Positions 24,996 through 34,001 of a stretch of DNA of 41,011 nt are shown piece after piece. How positions within the stretch are numbered: the stretch's first letter is position 1; each line of letters opens with the position of its first letter. Origin of the DNA: Enterococcus phage fHoEfa03. A model generated the notes under the pieces. That model had not been told where the DNA came from. It worked only from the letters and a program-made list of their open reading frames with translations, and made no database searches. A program made the translations under genes and the position numbers. Location of the stretch: the sequence record PV296018.1. One strand, given 5' to 3'.

Positions 24996-25814
24996 TTACA
25001 TTTCCTCCCATTCAATACCTAATTTTTTAAGTTTGGCTAAATCTGATGTCTTAACCTTAATACAAGTATAACTCACTTCAATTGGTTTGTCAACAACTTT
25101 ATCTTCATTTCCTGTTAAAATTACAATTTCAGGAACTTTCGTTTCTCTTACTCGTTGTTGTTCAGCTTCCAGTCGTTCACGTTCTGACTTCATTTCTTTA
25201 AACTCTTCAATAGCTTCACTCATATTGAAACCATTTCTTGAATATGCAATAAGTATTGCCATACGGTCATCTTTATCTGTTACCTCTTCTTTCAAGTCTG
25301 AATAGTCTTGTTTAAACAGTTCAAAATACATTACAACCGCTTGTGTGATTGTCTTTTGTGACGTTGCTTTGTTAGTTACTAAGCTTCTATTTTTGGCAAT
25401 GAACTTATCAAAAGATAGCCATTGTGGCGCATTATATGAAGCGTGGTACTTATTGAAAAGTTCTTCAATTTGTAATGTACGTTCTTTTTGTTCTTGCTCG
25501 TTGAACGTTTTAATTTGTACATTAACATGTTCTATACCTTCCTTCAATACATCTTTTAATGTCTGTATTTTTTCGTTTAGTTCCTCATAAGGTGTCATGA
25601 TTTCACTTTTCACTAGTTTACGTTGTGTGTCTAGCTCTCTGATTCGTTTATTGATTGTAGCTACTAGTTTTTTATTCTCTTTGATTGTTTCTTCTGTAAC
25701 TTCTTGCTCTTTCATTTTATCAGCCAACTTCTGTGCGTCATTTAGTATTTTTTCATAGTCTGCAAATTCGATTGACTGAACACCATTGGTTTTAATTGCA
25801 ATTTCAAATTCCAT
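24996..25814 (-). CDS. Hypothetical coiled-coil protein (272 aa). Possible recombination or replication accessory factor.
   Basis: Long Lys/Glu-rich heptad regions. Position between the MBL-fold and SSB-like genes. Confidence 0.45.
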   Translation of the reverse strand: MEFEIAIKTNGVQSIEFADYEKILNDAQKLADKMKEQEVTEETIKENKKLVATINKRIRELDTQRKLVKSEIMTPYEELNEKIQTLKDVLKEGIEHVNVQIKTFNEQEQKERTLQIEELFNKYHASYNAPQWLSFDKFIAKNRSLVTNKATSQKTITQAVVMYFELFKQDYSDLKEEVTDKDDRMAILIAYSRNGFNMSEAIEEFKEMKSERERLEAEQQRVRETKVPEIVILTGNEDKVVDKPIEVSYTCIKVKTSDLAKLKKLGIEWEEM

Positions 25815-26040
25815 TGCGTTCGTCCTCCGCCTTTAATCGTAACCACTTAGCTTTGAAAATCTCGTTAAATGTGAACCCCATTTTAATTAGGTCCGTTCGT
25901 TCCTCTAATGTGTTTAGTAGGTCATTTACAGTAAAACCATAGTCTAACATTAGTAACATTTTATAACTCATTTGTTCATTATTCATAAAAATTTTCCTCC
26001 GCTTCAATAATCTTTTTGATTGTTTCTTTAAATGGTTCAC
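25804..26040 (-). CDS. Hypothetical protein (78 aa).
   Basis: ORF only. Confidence 0.4.
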   Translation of the reverse strand: MNHLKKQSKRLLKRRKIFMNNEQMSYKMLLMLDYGFTVNDLLNTLEERTDLIKMGFTFNEIFKAKWLRLKAEDERNGI

Positions 26041-26112
26041 CTACATTATCATAACCAACTTTAATAATGTAACTATTCATCATGTCAATAATGTTCAGAA
26101 AGTCTGTTTGTG

Positions 26113-26892
26113 TTAGGTTAATTGATTTTTCTGTTTCCATTCTTCTACGTCCTCCATTGTCAATCTGTTTTCATCTTTTTTAGTACGTTTGATTAGTCCT
26201 TCAAAAGTTGAATATGTTTCGCTTTGGTGTAATGGTACCACAATTGAACCTGGTTTGCAATGCTTTTCTGTAAATTCTTTATGTTCAGTTGAAGCTAAGT
26301 GACGATATGAACCGTTACTAAAAATATCAAAGCCAGTATGTGCTTTTGTTGATTCATAAAATTCAATTACTAAAGGATTGTAATTAGATTCTAACAGACA
26401 GTAGTCTACTTGTAAAGAGTTTTTATCTAAATATTCCTGATAATCAATTGTAGTACTTAAATCAGTGGCATATAATAATACCTCTTTTGTTTCTATATCT
26501 TCAATAATAAAGCCATGACAGTCAACTAATTCCTCACCAGCACCATGATAGTTCTGAATAGTTGTGAATTTCATTGTACCAATTTGAAACTGAAAGTTAT
26601 CACTAAAAACAACATCAGCTGGAATTTTTGTTTTTTCAAACATTAGATTACTTACTTCTTCATTAGCTAAAATTTTAATGTTTGGAAAGTTTTCACGAAT
26701 CTTCTTATAAACAGCTGGCTTGAAATGGTCCCCGTGTCTATGGGTAAATATTAAAAAATGTTTTTCATATAGTAATGGCTCTATAAATTTGTAAGGCTTA
26801 CCTGCATCAACTAATATATTAAATTGATTAGTATATATTGATACTGAATTTCCTTTACTACCTGTGTAATGTACGTTCCATTTGAATGTCAT
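26113..26892 (-). CDS. Metallo-beta-lactamase-fold hydrolase.
   Basis: HxHxDH signature (FTHRHGDHF) followed by downstream His/Asp residues. Confidence 0.65.
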   Translation of the reverse strand: MTFKWNVHYTGSKGNSVSIYTNQFNILVDAGKPYKFIEPLLYEKHFLIFTHRHGDHFKPAVYKKIRENFPNIKILANEEVSNLMFEKTKIPADVVFSDNFQFQIGTMKFTTIQNYHGAGEELVDCHGFIIEDIETKEVLLYATDLSTTIDYQEYLDKNSLQVDYCLLESNYNPLVIEFYESTKAHTGFDIFSNGSYRHLASTEHKEFTEKHCKPGSIVVPLHQSETYSTFEGLIKRTKKDENRLTMEDVEEWKQKNQLT

Positions 26893-26902
26893 TTGCTACC
26901 TC

Positions 26903-27382
26903 CTAATATTGAGATGGTGTATTGCGTTCAGACCATGGGTTGCCCTCTAATTCCCATAACTCTTTACCAAGTCGTTTAGCGGTGTCCCACTTATCCTTGT
27001 CAATTGCTTTATTAATTTCAATAATTAATTTATGACGTTTATCCTCTACTTTTTTGCGCAGTGGACGTGCAACACGTTGTTTGCCTTCTTGTGGGTTAAT
27101 AGCCCACCCAAGGTTGTTGCAGTGTGTGTTGTTAACATCACCATCTTTATAATATAGGTAGCCTAGATTGTCTTTATTTAGTACGAATGATTCAGCTACT
27201 AAGTTAGCAATAAAAAACTTACGTGTCTTATTGTGTGAGCCTTCTAAGACTACGTATGGTTTGCCGTTATCCTCATATGAGTTCCAGACCGTTAAACCAG
27301 TGTCACGGTCTATTACATATCCCATGTTTGAAACTGCGTAACGGTCGTAGGGTTCAAACAATGGTTCAAATTTTTCAATCAT
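26903..27382 (-). CDS. HNH-family homing endonuclease, divergent (NUMOD4-like YAVSNMGYV N-terminus).
   Basis: FFIANLVAESFV...NNTHCNNLGWA resembles the HNH_3 core of the other copies but is more divergent. Confidence 0.5.
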   Translation of the reverse strand: MIEKFEPLFEPYDRYAVSNMGYVIDRDTGLTVWNSYEDNGKPYVVLEGSHNKTRKFFIANLVAESFVLNKDNLGYLYYKDGDVNNTHCNNLGWAINPQEGKQRVARPLRKKVEDKRHKLIIEINKAIDKDKWDTAKRLGKELWELEGNPWSERNTPSQY

Positions 27383-27588
27383 TTAAGTTCCTCCATTAGT
27401 TTTTCTAGGTCCTCTTTTCTTACCATTACACAAGGGTCATCATCTGATAAATTGTTCTTATCTCTTATACTAATCAAAGTATCGCCATCTGGGTACATTG
27501 TCAACTCTAAAATATCATTTTTTGAATATGCACAATCAACTGTAATTGTTTTGTAATTACCAATTAATCGTTTGAATACTTGAATCAT
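27379..27588 (-). CDS. Hypothetical protein (69 aa).
   Basis: ORF only. Confidence 0.4.
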   Translation of the reverse strand: MIQVFKRLIGNYKTITVDCAYSKNDILELTMYPDGDTLISIRDKNNLSDDDPCVMVRKEDLEKLMEELK

Positions 27589-27589
27589 A

Positions 27590-28072
27590 TTATAACCCTC
27601 TTTCTATAATCTTGTACAACTCATCCTCAAATATCTTATATACATGTATTCTGTTAGAAAAGAATTTCTTAGCTTTCCCAAAGTGATAGCTAGCATCATG
27701 CATATTATTAAATCTATATACCTTAAAATCTCTTTTATCCAATATGATTAGTGGTCTATGTCTACCAAGAGTTAGGTTATTATCCCAAGCATGTTTACAG
27801 TTTTCTTTAGCTGTAACCCACTCAAGATTGGGAACCCTGTTATTTGATTTATTAGCATCAATATGGTTTACTTGTGGTTTGTTTTCTGGATTTGGAATGA
27901 ATAGTTTAGCTACTATTCTGTGGACTTTTTCTGGGTGTGAGTTTACTGTAACTATGCGATAACCATCTTTATCTAGGTGACCCTTGTGTAATCCTTTTTG
28001 TTTCGTTATAACTAATCCTGATGGTGATACCTTTATATTATCATAGTCTACAAAATTATTGTTTTCTACCAT
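27590..28072 (-). CDS. Free-standing HNH homing endonuclease.
   Basis: HRIVAKLFIPNPENKPQVNHIDANKSNNRVPNLEWVTAKEN core, near-identical to the copy at 492-1001. Confidence 0.75.
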   Translation of the reverse strand: MVENNNFVDYDNIKVSPSGLVITKQKGLHKGHLDKDGYRIVTVNSHPEKVHRIVAKLFIPNPENKPQVNHIDANKSNNRVPNLEWVTAKENCKHAWDNNLTLGRHRPLIILDKRDFKVYRFNNMHDASYHFGKAKKFFSNRIHVYKIFEDELYKIIERGL

Positions 28073-28568
28073 TCTCCCACTCCTCTATCATCCAAGTTAA
28101 ATATGTTTTTGCTTTTTTTAAATCTTCTACTTTATTTTTTTTCTCGTGTCTAGAAATATATTTTTGTAAATTACCAAGCAAAAAGCCATAATATTGCTCT
28201 TCACTCATATTAGCTTTCATGATTTCAATTGGTTGAATTCCGTTGTTTGTGTAATGTTCTTGATTGTCAATTAAGTCTGAGTGTATTTTATGAGCTACTT
28301 TTTCTAAATGTTTTGTAACAACATCATCTGATGGGTTTAAATATTCAATACTTTTTTCTTGTTCAGGTTCAACACCATCACATTTTGAATCTTCAAAAGT
28401 AACTTCTAATTCAGGAATAACAAAATGGTTTTTAAAAGCACTCTCTGTAGTATATGTGTGTGTTCCGTCATGATATTTGACTTTCCACATTTTACCTTCC
28501 ATTTTATGTGCTACACCTGTTAAACCATTATCTTTGCGTTTTACTACCATTCCATCTTGTAATTTCAT
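28056..28568 (-). CDS. Hypothetical protein (170 aa). The C-terminal region is reminiscent of DUF3310-type phage proteins (uncertain).
   Basis: ORF with a GGAGG RBS. The C-terminal YYGFLLGNLQKYISRHEKKNKVEDLKKAKTYL pattern is suggestive only. Confidence 0.45.
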   Translation of the reverse strand: MKLQDGMVVKRKDNGLTGVAHKMEGKMWKVKYHDGTHTYTTESAFKNHFVIPELEVTFEDSKCDGVEPEQEKSIEYLNPSDDVVTKHLEKVAHKIHSDLIDNQEHYTNNGIQPIEIMKANMSEEQYYGFLLGNLQKYISRHEKKNKVEDLKKAKTYLTWMIEEWENGRKQ

Positions 28569-28598
28569 AATTAATTCCTCCTAATGTTTTATAATATC

Positions 28599-28627
28599 AG
28601 TCTATCATATTGACGTTCCTTTGTCAA
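28599..28627 (-). promoter_or_regulatory. Early promoter TTGACA-N17-TAGACT.
   Basis: Reverse complement of tgtcaa at 28622-28627 and agtcta at 28599-28604. Confidence 0.4.
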
Positions 28628-28645
28628 CACAAAACTTTTATTTTA

Positions 28646-28730
28646 TGGTATAATATATTTATAGTTGGTAAAGGTGATTCCTCCCACCTTACACCATCCC
28701 ACCTCACGTTACGGCGTGGGGTTTTTTATT
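28646..28730 (+). ncRNA. Candidate small plus-strand RNA inside the minus-strand early region: extended -10 TGgTATAAT (28646-28654), ~65-nt transcript, intrinsic terminator (cccac...gtggg then TTTTTTATTTT).
   Basis: A perfect TGnTATAAT and a plus-oriented hairpin with T-run sit with no plus-strand ORF. Divergent from the minus-strand promoter at 28599-28627. Confidence 0.3.
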
Positions 28731-28974
28731 TTGCATATTTTGCGATAAGTTGAAAAACTTCTTGCGCCGTTTCAATGTTTTCAAAACTAACAAATCCACT
28801 TGCTACATGTTGCATCATTACTGAATAGTTATAATTTGTACTATACATATCACCAAACCCATTTGGATTGTACTTTACATCAATAAGACAACCGTTTGGG
28901 AACAATTTTCTAAACATATGAGCGTTATTCATCTTTTGCCATTCTCCGTTCTTCTCGTTTTTTAACTGAATCAT
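28726..28974 (-). CDS. Hypothetical protein (82 aa).
   Basis: ORF only. Confidence 0.4.
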   Translation of the reverse strand: MIQLKNEKNGEWQKMNNAHMFRKLFPNGCLIDVKYNPNGFGDMYSTNYNYSVMMQHVASGFVSFENIETAQEVFQLIAKYAK

Positions 28975-29668
28975 ATGTGCGTTTCAGTTCTGTACTGTCA
29001 AGTGGTGGATTACATCCTATCTGGTTAGTATATTGCGCCCACACCCATACTTCTTCATGTTCTAAGCCTGTAGCAAACAATTTGCCAATCATTTGCGTTA
29101 TCCAGTTGTTTCGTCCTCCTTCATCACTTCCAGCGATAATATCACCTAACAGGTTTGCAGTCCATTTGCGTTCACGTTTTTTGTTTTGCTTTTGAATTGT
29201 TTTATCTGTAAAAATATCAAACCATTTCTCTGGTAGGTCTGCAATTGGTGAATTGTCAATCACTTCATATTTTACACCATCAATTGTTGAACCCCACCCT
29301 AAAACATATCTACCACTACACTGAAAGTCAACACCTTCAAGCTCCTTATGGTTTTGAATGAATTGCACATCATTATATTTTTCAGGTAGCTTGTAATACA
29401 TATGAAGTCCACCACTTGGTGTCATAACTGTTTTAGTGTCTGGTAATTCAATATCATACTTTTCGCAAAACTCTTTCAGGTTATCAGCACCACTAATACC
29501 ATTATGAGTGTCAATATCAATCACTACTACCCCATTTAATGAACCAGTTAGGTACCCCCAGTTACCACCTTCTTTTATCCATTCACGAACAACATTTTCA
29601 TTCTCTCCATTAAATGAACCTGCCACTAAAGGTGCTTTACCATTCTTTTTAATTCTCAATACTTTCAA
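28925..29668 (-). CDS. Primase-polymerase (PrimPol, bifunctional DNA primase/polymerase N-terminal-type) domain protein.
   Basis: VVIDIDTHNGISG places the DxD metal-binding motif in the PrimPol context. Confidence 0.55.
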   Translation of the reverse strand: MKVLRIKKNGKAPLVAGSFNGENENVVREWIKEGGNWGYLTGSLNGVVVIDIDTHNGISGADNLKEFCEKYDIELPDTKTVMTPSGGLHMYYKLPEKYNDVQFIQNHKELEGVDFQCSGRYVLGWGSTIDGVKYEVIDNSPIADLPEKWFDIFTDKTIQKQNKKRERKWTANLLGDIIAGSDEGGRNNWITQMIGKLFATGLEHEEVWVWAQYTNQIGCNPPLDSTELKRTYDSVKKREERRMAKDE

Positions 29669-30182
29669 ATTTAAAACCTCCTGCTGATTTGTTTATATAT
29701 TTATCCGAAATCACTTTACTTATTGTTCCTTCATCTATATTTAGTGTGTTACTTGCTTCTCGTATACTACTATAATATACTTCCTTACCTTCTTTGTCAA
29801 TAGATTTTATTTTCTTTTTTAAACCAGTTGCTTTTTTATTAACTTGTTGCTCTGCATATGTTGCCCACCTTAAGTTTTCAACTCTGTTATCAAATCTATC
29901 TCTGTTCACATGGTCTACTGTAGGCTTTTTTTCTGGGTTTGGTATGAATGCTTCTGCTACTAATCGGTGGACTGAATATGTTTTTGTATATCCGTTATTA
30001 TCACTAAGTCTTACACAATTATATTCAAACCCTCTTTTACCTCTTTTTTGATTTTTTAGTATAGTTTCTTTGGTTTCTAATAGACCAGTGTTACATCTAA
30101 CTATTCTTGCTTTTGACTTAATTCTACCAAAGTTTGATATTTTATATTTATTAAGATTATTCAGTTCTCTCCATTCTTCCAT
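29649..30182 (-). CDS. Free-standing HNH homing endonuclease.
   Basis: MEEWRELNNLNKYKISNFGRIKS N-terminus. HRLVAEAFIPNPEKKPTVDHVNRDRFDNRVENLRWATYAEQ core. Confidence 0.8.
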   Translation of the reverse strand: MEEWRELNNLNKYKISNFGRIKSKARIVRCNTGLLETKETILKNQKRGKRGFEYNCVRLSDNNGYTKTYSVHRLVAEAFIPNPEKKPTVDHVNRDRFDNRVENLRWATYAEQQVNKKATGLKKKIKSIDKEGKEVYYSSIREASNTLNIDEGTISKVISDKYINKSAGGFKFESIEN

Positions 30183-30194
30183 TTCGTTTCCTCC

Positions 30195-30392
30195 CTAAAA
30201 GTCTTTACTGATAGTTACTACTTGACCGTTATGGTCAACCTTTTCTGCACCCCATGTGTCTGTGGTATCAATGAATTTAAAAATAAAACATCCACCAAGA
30301 AACATAATGAATAGTAAGCAGAACCACGCTTGTATATAATCTTTGTATGTGTTTTTATACCATTTTTGATTTTTATCTTCTTTAGTAAACAT
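30195..30392 (-). CDS. Small membrane protein (65 aa).
   Basis: TM segment WFCLLFIMFLGGCFIF. GGAGG RBS. Confidence 0.5.
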   Translation of the reverse strand: MFTKEDKNQKWYKNTYKDYIQAWFCLLFIMFLGGCFIFKFIDTTDTWGAEKVDHNGQVVTISKDF

Positions 30393-30424
30393 TGTTGTTT
30401 CCTCCTTAGTTATCTTATGTACCT

Positions 30425-30453
30425 ACTATATCATAGGATATAGTAGTTGTCAA
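30425..30453 (-). promoter_or_regulatory. Early promoter TTGACA-N17-TATAGT with an embedded 10-bp palindrome (ctactatatc / gatatagtag) and CATAAGATAACTAAGGAGG leader.
   Basis: Read as the reverse complement of 30425-30453. The same architecture is at 37274-37302. Confidence 0.55.
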
Positions 30454-30630
30454 CTATTTAATTGTATAAAATACTAAATTTTCTAATTTTAAGGTGAATG
30501 TTTCTGAATCACCAAAACTAAGTTCTAAAAATCGTTGTGTGATATTTACACGTTTAACATTGGTAAATAAGATATTTCTATTATCTTTACCAGCCATAAA
30601 GTTTACTGTTACTTCTTTTAATTCTTTCAT
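30454..30630 (-). CDS. Hypothetical 58-aa protein. Its start ATG overlaps the stop of the helicase gene (ATGA).
   Basis: MKELKEVTVNFMAGKDNRNILFTNVKRVNITQRFLELSFGDSETFTLKLENLVFYTIK. Below the ORF-track cutoff. Confidence 0.4.
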   Translation of the reverse strand: MKELKEVTVNFMAGKDNRNILFTNVKRVNITQRFLELSFGDSETFTLKLENLVFYTIK

Positions 30631-31922
30631 TTTAATATATCCTCCATCATTTCATTAGTAAAGTCTTTTCCTTGTGTGATTGTCTCAAATATCTTTTTTT
30701 CTACAGGTGTATCAGGAACAATGAAATAGTAAAGTGGTTTCTCTGTTTGACCATGCCTGTCAATCCGTGCTTTAGCTTGTATTAACTCAACTGAACTTAA
30801 TGGTAAACTGTTAAACACCATAATATTCGCTATGACGAAGTCATTTATGCCCGTAGAAGCTGATTTGAAGTGTGCTAGGACTACTGCGTTAGATTTACCT
30901 TTGAACTCTTTTAAATCCTTTCTAGTGCCATTATATTCGCTTGTAGGGCGTTTTAGCTTGCTTAGTAATTGTTTTAGCATTTCAAGTTCTTTATTATAAT
31001 TATAGAAAATAACCACGCGCTCGTTGTTATGTGTTTCTAAGATAGCTTGTAATCTTTCAAATGGTTCTTTGCTTACCTGTTTATTGATTCCCAATAAGAA
31101 ACCATGTGACACACAGCGCATTGCGTTAAATAGTTTACTGCTATTATCTAACTCAATCACTTCACCGTTATCTGCTTTGTACATGCGGTTCTTTTTCAGC
31201 TTGCTGTACATACTTGGTTTTTTGGTTTTGTAGTAATAGTCTTCTGGAAAATATGGCTTGTCACGTTTGAATTTTACAGAACATTCATCAATCATTTGTT
31301 GCAATAAATGCTCGTTCTGATAGCCAACAATGTCCATAAATCGCATAGAACCCATTTGTCGCATTTGCTTAATAACAAATAGTTGCTCAAACTCTTTTTT
31401 AGGTTTTCTAAAAACATTAAGCATATATAATTGACTATAGTAGTTTTCAAGCTTTCCATTACTAACTGGTGTTGCTGTTAATAGTCTAACATACTTAGTT
31501 TTCTTTGTCAACTTCATTACAAACTTTGTAACCTTAGAACTAGTTACCCCCACTTTATGTGCTTCATCCACAATTATGAAAGTATCTTCATCAACCCACT
31601 TCAATAATTCAGTGATACGCCAAACACTTTCAAAACTGATTGCAACTCGTTTTGATTCAGCTAATAACTCTTTATTTTTCTTTGTTCCTTTGTTAAGTGG
31701 TGTAATATCAATACCCATCAAAGCCCCATCTTCTGCAAAGTCCGCCACCTTTGGGGCTAAACAGATAACTAATAGCTTACTACAGCCACTTTGCAGGTAG
31801 GCACCTAAGGCGGTGAAGGTCTTCCCTGTTCCAGCATCAGATAAATCGTAAGGGTGTGTATTCCATTTTTCAATACCTTCAATTTGCGTTGGTAATAGTT
31901 CAATTTTTCCAATCTTAGTCAT
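30627..31922 (-). CDS. SNF2 / DEAD-DEAH-box superfamily-2 helicase.
   Basis: Walker A DAGTGKT. DEAH-type IIVDEAHKV. C-terminal helicase domain. The probable start is the Met at 31922 (MTKIGKIELLPTQ), overlapping the VRR-NUC stop. Confidence 0.75.
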   Translation of the reverse strand: MTKIGKIELLPTQIEGIEKWNTHPYDLSDAGTGKTFTALGAYLQSGCSKLLVICLAPKVADFAEDGALMGIDITPLNKGTKKNKELLAESKRVAISFESVWRITELLKWVDEDTFIIVDEAHKVGVTSSKVTKFVMKLTKKTKYVRLLTATPVSNGKLENYYSQLYMLNVFRKPKKEFEQLFVIKQMRQMGSMRFMDIVGYQNEHLLQQMIDECSVKFKRDKPYFPEDYYYKTKKPSMYSKLKKNRMYKADNGEVIELDNSSKLFNAMRCVSHGFLLGINKQVSKEPFERLQAILETHNNERVVIFYNYNKELEMLKQLLSKLKRPTSEYNGTRKDLKEFKGKSNAVVLAHFKSASTGINDFVIANIMVFNSLPLSSVELIQAKARIDRHGQTEKPLYYFIVPDTPVEKKIFETITQGKDFTNEMMEDILK

Positions 31923-32316
31923 ATAGTACTTCCACCTTATCATCTTTAATATCTGGTAAATATGGTTGTTCATAATTGAAATAAATATCATCTGCACCAT
32001 AGTACACTGCACTTTCCATGTTATCCAAATAAAGTAATAGGTCCTCTAAATCATCAAGCGTATCTCTTAATAGTAAACCATATCCACCAGCACATCTAAC
32101 TTCTTGTAAGTATCTAATTTGTAATGGGTCTGGCTGGTAGTTCCCTGTTTTAAGCTCTAATGCAATGAAGTAACCACTATAACACGCTTCAATATCTGCA
32201 CGTCCCACACGGTCATATATGGTTGCTGTGTTAACATTTACAACCGCTCCTTTTGATTTCAAGTATTCTACTACTTCTTTACTAAATTTAGCTTCTTTTT
32301 TCACGTGCTGAACCAC
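31915..32316 (-). CDS. VRR-NUC domain nuclease (PD-(D/E)xK).
   Basis: GRADIEACYSGYFIALELKTG contains the D...E-L-K catalytic pattern. 133 aa. Confidence 0.6.
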   Translation of the reverse strand: MVQHVKKEAKFSKEVVEYLKSKGAVVNVNTATIYDRVGRADIEACYSGYFIALELKTGNYQPDPLQIRYLQEVRCAGGYGLLLRDTLDDLEDLLLYLDNMESAVYYGADDIYFNYEQPYLPDIKDDKVEVLYD

Positions 32317-32329
32317 CTTTTTTATTACC

Positions 32330-32521
32330 TTATAACATATTTGTCAATACTTCAATGGCTTTTTCTACATCAATATTATTTTGAGAAAATACACCTAACA
32401 TTGCTAATACTGTGTATGTTGCATACTTTTCTATGTCATCTTGTGAAACACCTTTACTTCTGAAATCATTTTCCAGTTCATTCAAAATATTGTCAATTGC
32501 AATATTACGTTCTGTTTTCAT
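32330..32521 (-). CDS. Hypothetical protein (63 aa).
   Basis: ORF only. Confidence 0.4.
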   Translation of the reverse strand: MKTERNIAIDNILNELENDFRSKGVSQDDIEKYATYTVLAMLGVFSQNNIDVEKAIEVLTNML

Positions 32522-32523
32522 TA

Positions 32524-32733
32524 TTATTCTTCCTCTCCAATTACTAATTCAATTCCGCCCCATGATTCATTGTAACTGATATTTAATACCTTTGTCAACT
32601 CATTATATTTATTAAATAATCGTGCCACTGACTTATCACTTGTTGTATCAATTACTAATGCAGTCATACCGTTTGATTCTTTCACTACTAAAAAATGACT
32701 GTCAACAACTTCATATGCTTGTAATAAATTCAT
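32524..32733 (-). CDS. Hypothetical protein (69 aa).
   Basis: ORF only. Confidence 0.4.
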   Translation of the reverse strand: MNLLQAYEVVDSHFLVVKESNGMTALVIDTTSDKSVARLFNKYNELTKVLNISYNESWGGIELVIGEEE

Positions 32734-32734
32734 T

Positions 32735-32929
32735 TTAGTTATCCTCCTTGAATGTTTGAGTTGCTAAGAACGTTAATACGAATGATATAGACCATGCTAT
32801 CATTACAGCATCCCTTGAACCTGTGAATACGATTGTAAAGATACCTACTAAAAATGCCACCAATACAGCTGTTAAAACTTCTAAATTTTCATTCATCTTA
32901 TTTTTCCTCCAATTTTTTAATTTTTTCAT
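32735..32929 (-). CDS. Small membrane protein (64 aa, two TM helices).
   Basis: LTAVLVAFLVGIFTIVF and MIAWSISFVLTFLAT. Confidence 0.45.
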   Translation of the reverse strand: MKKLKNWRKNKMNENLEVLTAVLVAFLVGIFTIVFTGSRDAVMIAWSISFVLTFLATQTFKEDN

Positions 32930-33170
32930 CTAGTTGTTTGATTAACTCTTTATTGTCTAATGTTTTTGTGATACTTGATACTTCAATTCCTGATACTACT
33001 TTATACTCTAAAATAATATCTTGTTGACGTTCGTTCAATTCTTTGTATAAGTGTAACTCTTGTTTAGCTTCATTCAATTTCTGCTTGTTTAAGTTGTTTG
33101 TCAACATTGCTGTACTTCCTGAAAAACTTAATCCTACTGCCAATCCAATAATTAATCCTTTATGTTTCAT
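32898..33170 (-). CDS. Secreted or membrane-anchored coiled-coil protein (90 aa, N-terminal signal peptide/lipoprotein-like anchor).
   Basis: MKHKGLIIGLAVGLSFSGSTAM followed by a charged coiled-coil. Confidence 0.45.
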   Translation of the reverse strand: MKHKGLIIGLAVGLSFSGSTAMLTNNLNKQKLNEAKQELHLYKELNERQQDIILEYKVVSGIEVSSITKTLDNKELIKQLDEKIKKLEEK

Positions 33171-33201
33171 TTATTTATTCCTCCTAATTGATTATATACT
33201 T

Positions 33202-33230
33202 AGTATAAATGATTGTTTTTATTTTGTCAA
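33202..33230 (-). promoter_or_regulatory. Early promoter TTGACA-N17-TATACT.
   Basis: Reverse complement of tgtcaa at 33225-33230 and agtata at 33202-33207. Confidence 0.45.
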
Positions 33231-33680
33231 GTGTTTTGGTAAATTAATTTTTAAATTTTTATTATATCGCCTTGGGTCAAGTGTCTTATGTCTATCACTA
33301 GCTTTGTTTAAATAGCTTGTAATTACTTTACCGCTATATAGAGAAACTACTATACATTGTACTACTATATCATCAATAGATTCACCTACATGCCCAATTC
33401 CTGAACGAATCAAAACACGTTTATCTGCACCTGTTTCGTTATATTCAATAATTTCACCATGTATCATTGCTTCCATTGCTCGCAGATATGAAAATTTAGT
33501 TTCACCGTTTCTTATTTTATCTTGTAAGTGATACCCTGTTTTTATACCACGCTTTAACCACAGGTCTTTCACTCTGTCTTTTGCTTTGTTTAGTTGTTCT
33601 TTCTCTTGTGTAGTACATTGCGTAATGTGTTTCTTTACTTGTCCTTGTGTTTTCTTTACTGTTCCAATTTGAAAGTCCAT
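33219..33680 (-). CDS. Hypothetical protein (153 aa).
   Basis: ORF with an AGGAGG RBS. Confidence 0.5.
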   Translation of the reverse strand: MDFQIGTVKKTQGQVKKHITQCTTQEKEQLNKAKDRVKDLWLKRGIKTGYHLQDKIRNGETKFSYLRAMEAMIHGEIIEYNETGADKRVLIRSGIGHVGESIDDIVVQCIVVSLYSGKVITSYLNKASDRHKTLDPRRYNKNLKINLPKHLTK

Positions 33681-33709
33681 CTCATATCCTCCTTTTAATT
33701 TATGAATTA

Positions 33710-33738
33710 AGTATATCAGTTGGGGCTGAACTTGTCAA
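33710..33738 (-). promoter_or_regulatory. Early promoter TTGACA-N17-TATACT with CATAAGTTAAGAGGAGG leader (copy 1 of a tandemly duplicated cassette).
   Basis: Identical copy at 33973-34001. Confidence 0.5.
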
Positions 33739-33752
33739 CCCCTTTTCTGATT

Positions 33753-33941
33753 TTATTTTAAGTTTTCTAATACTGTTTCAGTTAGTAAAATCACATCTAA
33801 CATGTTTTCTAGTCTGTCGTTTAGTTCATGTCCTAGTTCTTTGTTTCCGTTGTCGTATGCTTCAATCATTTGCGCTTTTAACTCGTCATATCTTTTATTT
33901 AGTCTTTCTAATTTCGCTTCATATCTTTGTTTTGTTGTCAT
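33753..33941 (-). CDS. Hypothetical 62-aa coiled-coil protein (paralog A).
   Basis: ~70% identical to 34016-34204. The C-terminal 24 aa (RLNDRLENMLDVILLTETVLENLK) match 23 of 24. Confidence 0.55.
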   Translation of the reverse strand: MTTKQRYEAKLERLNKRYDELKAQMIEAYDNGNKELGHELNDRLENMLDVILLTETVLENLK

Positions 33942-33972
33942 GTTTTTTTTCCTCCTCTTAACTTATGAATTA

Positions 33973-34001
33973 AGTATATCAGTTGGGGCTGAACTTGTCA
34001 A
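33973..34001 (-). promoter_or_regulatory. Early promoter TTGACA-N17-TATACT (copy 2 of the tandem cassette).
   Basis: See 33710-33738. Confidence 0.5.
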
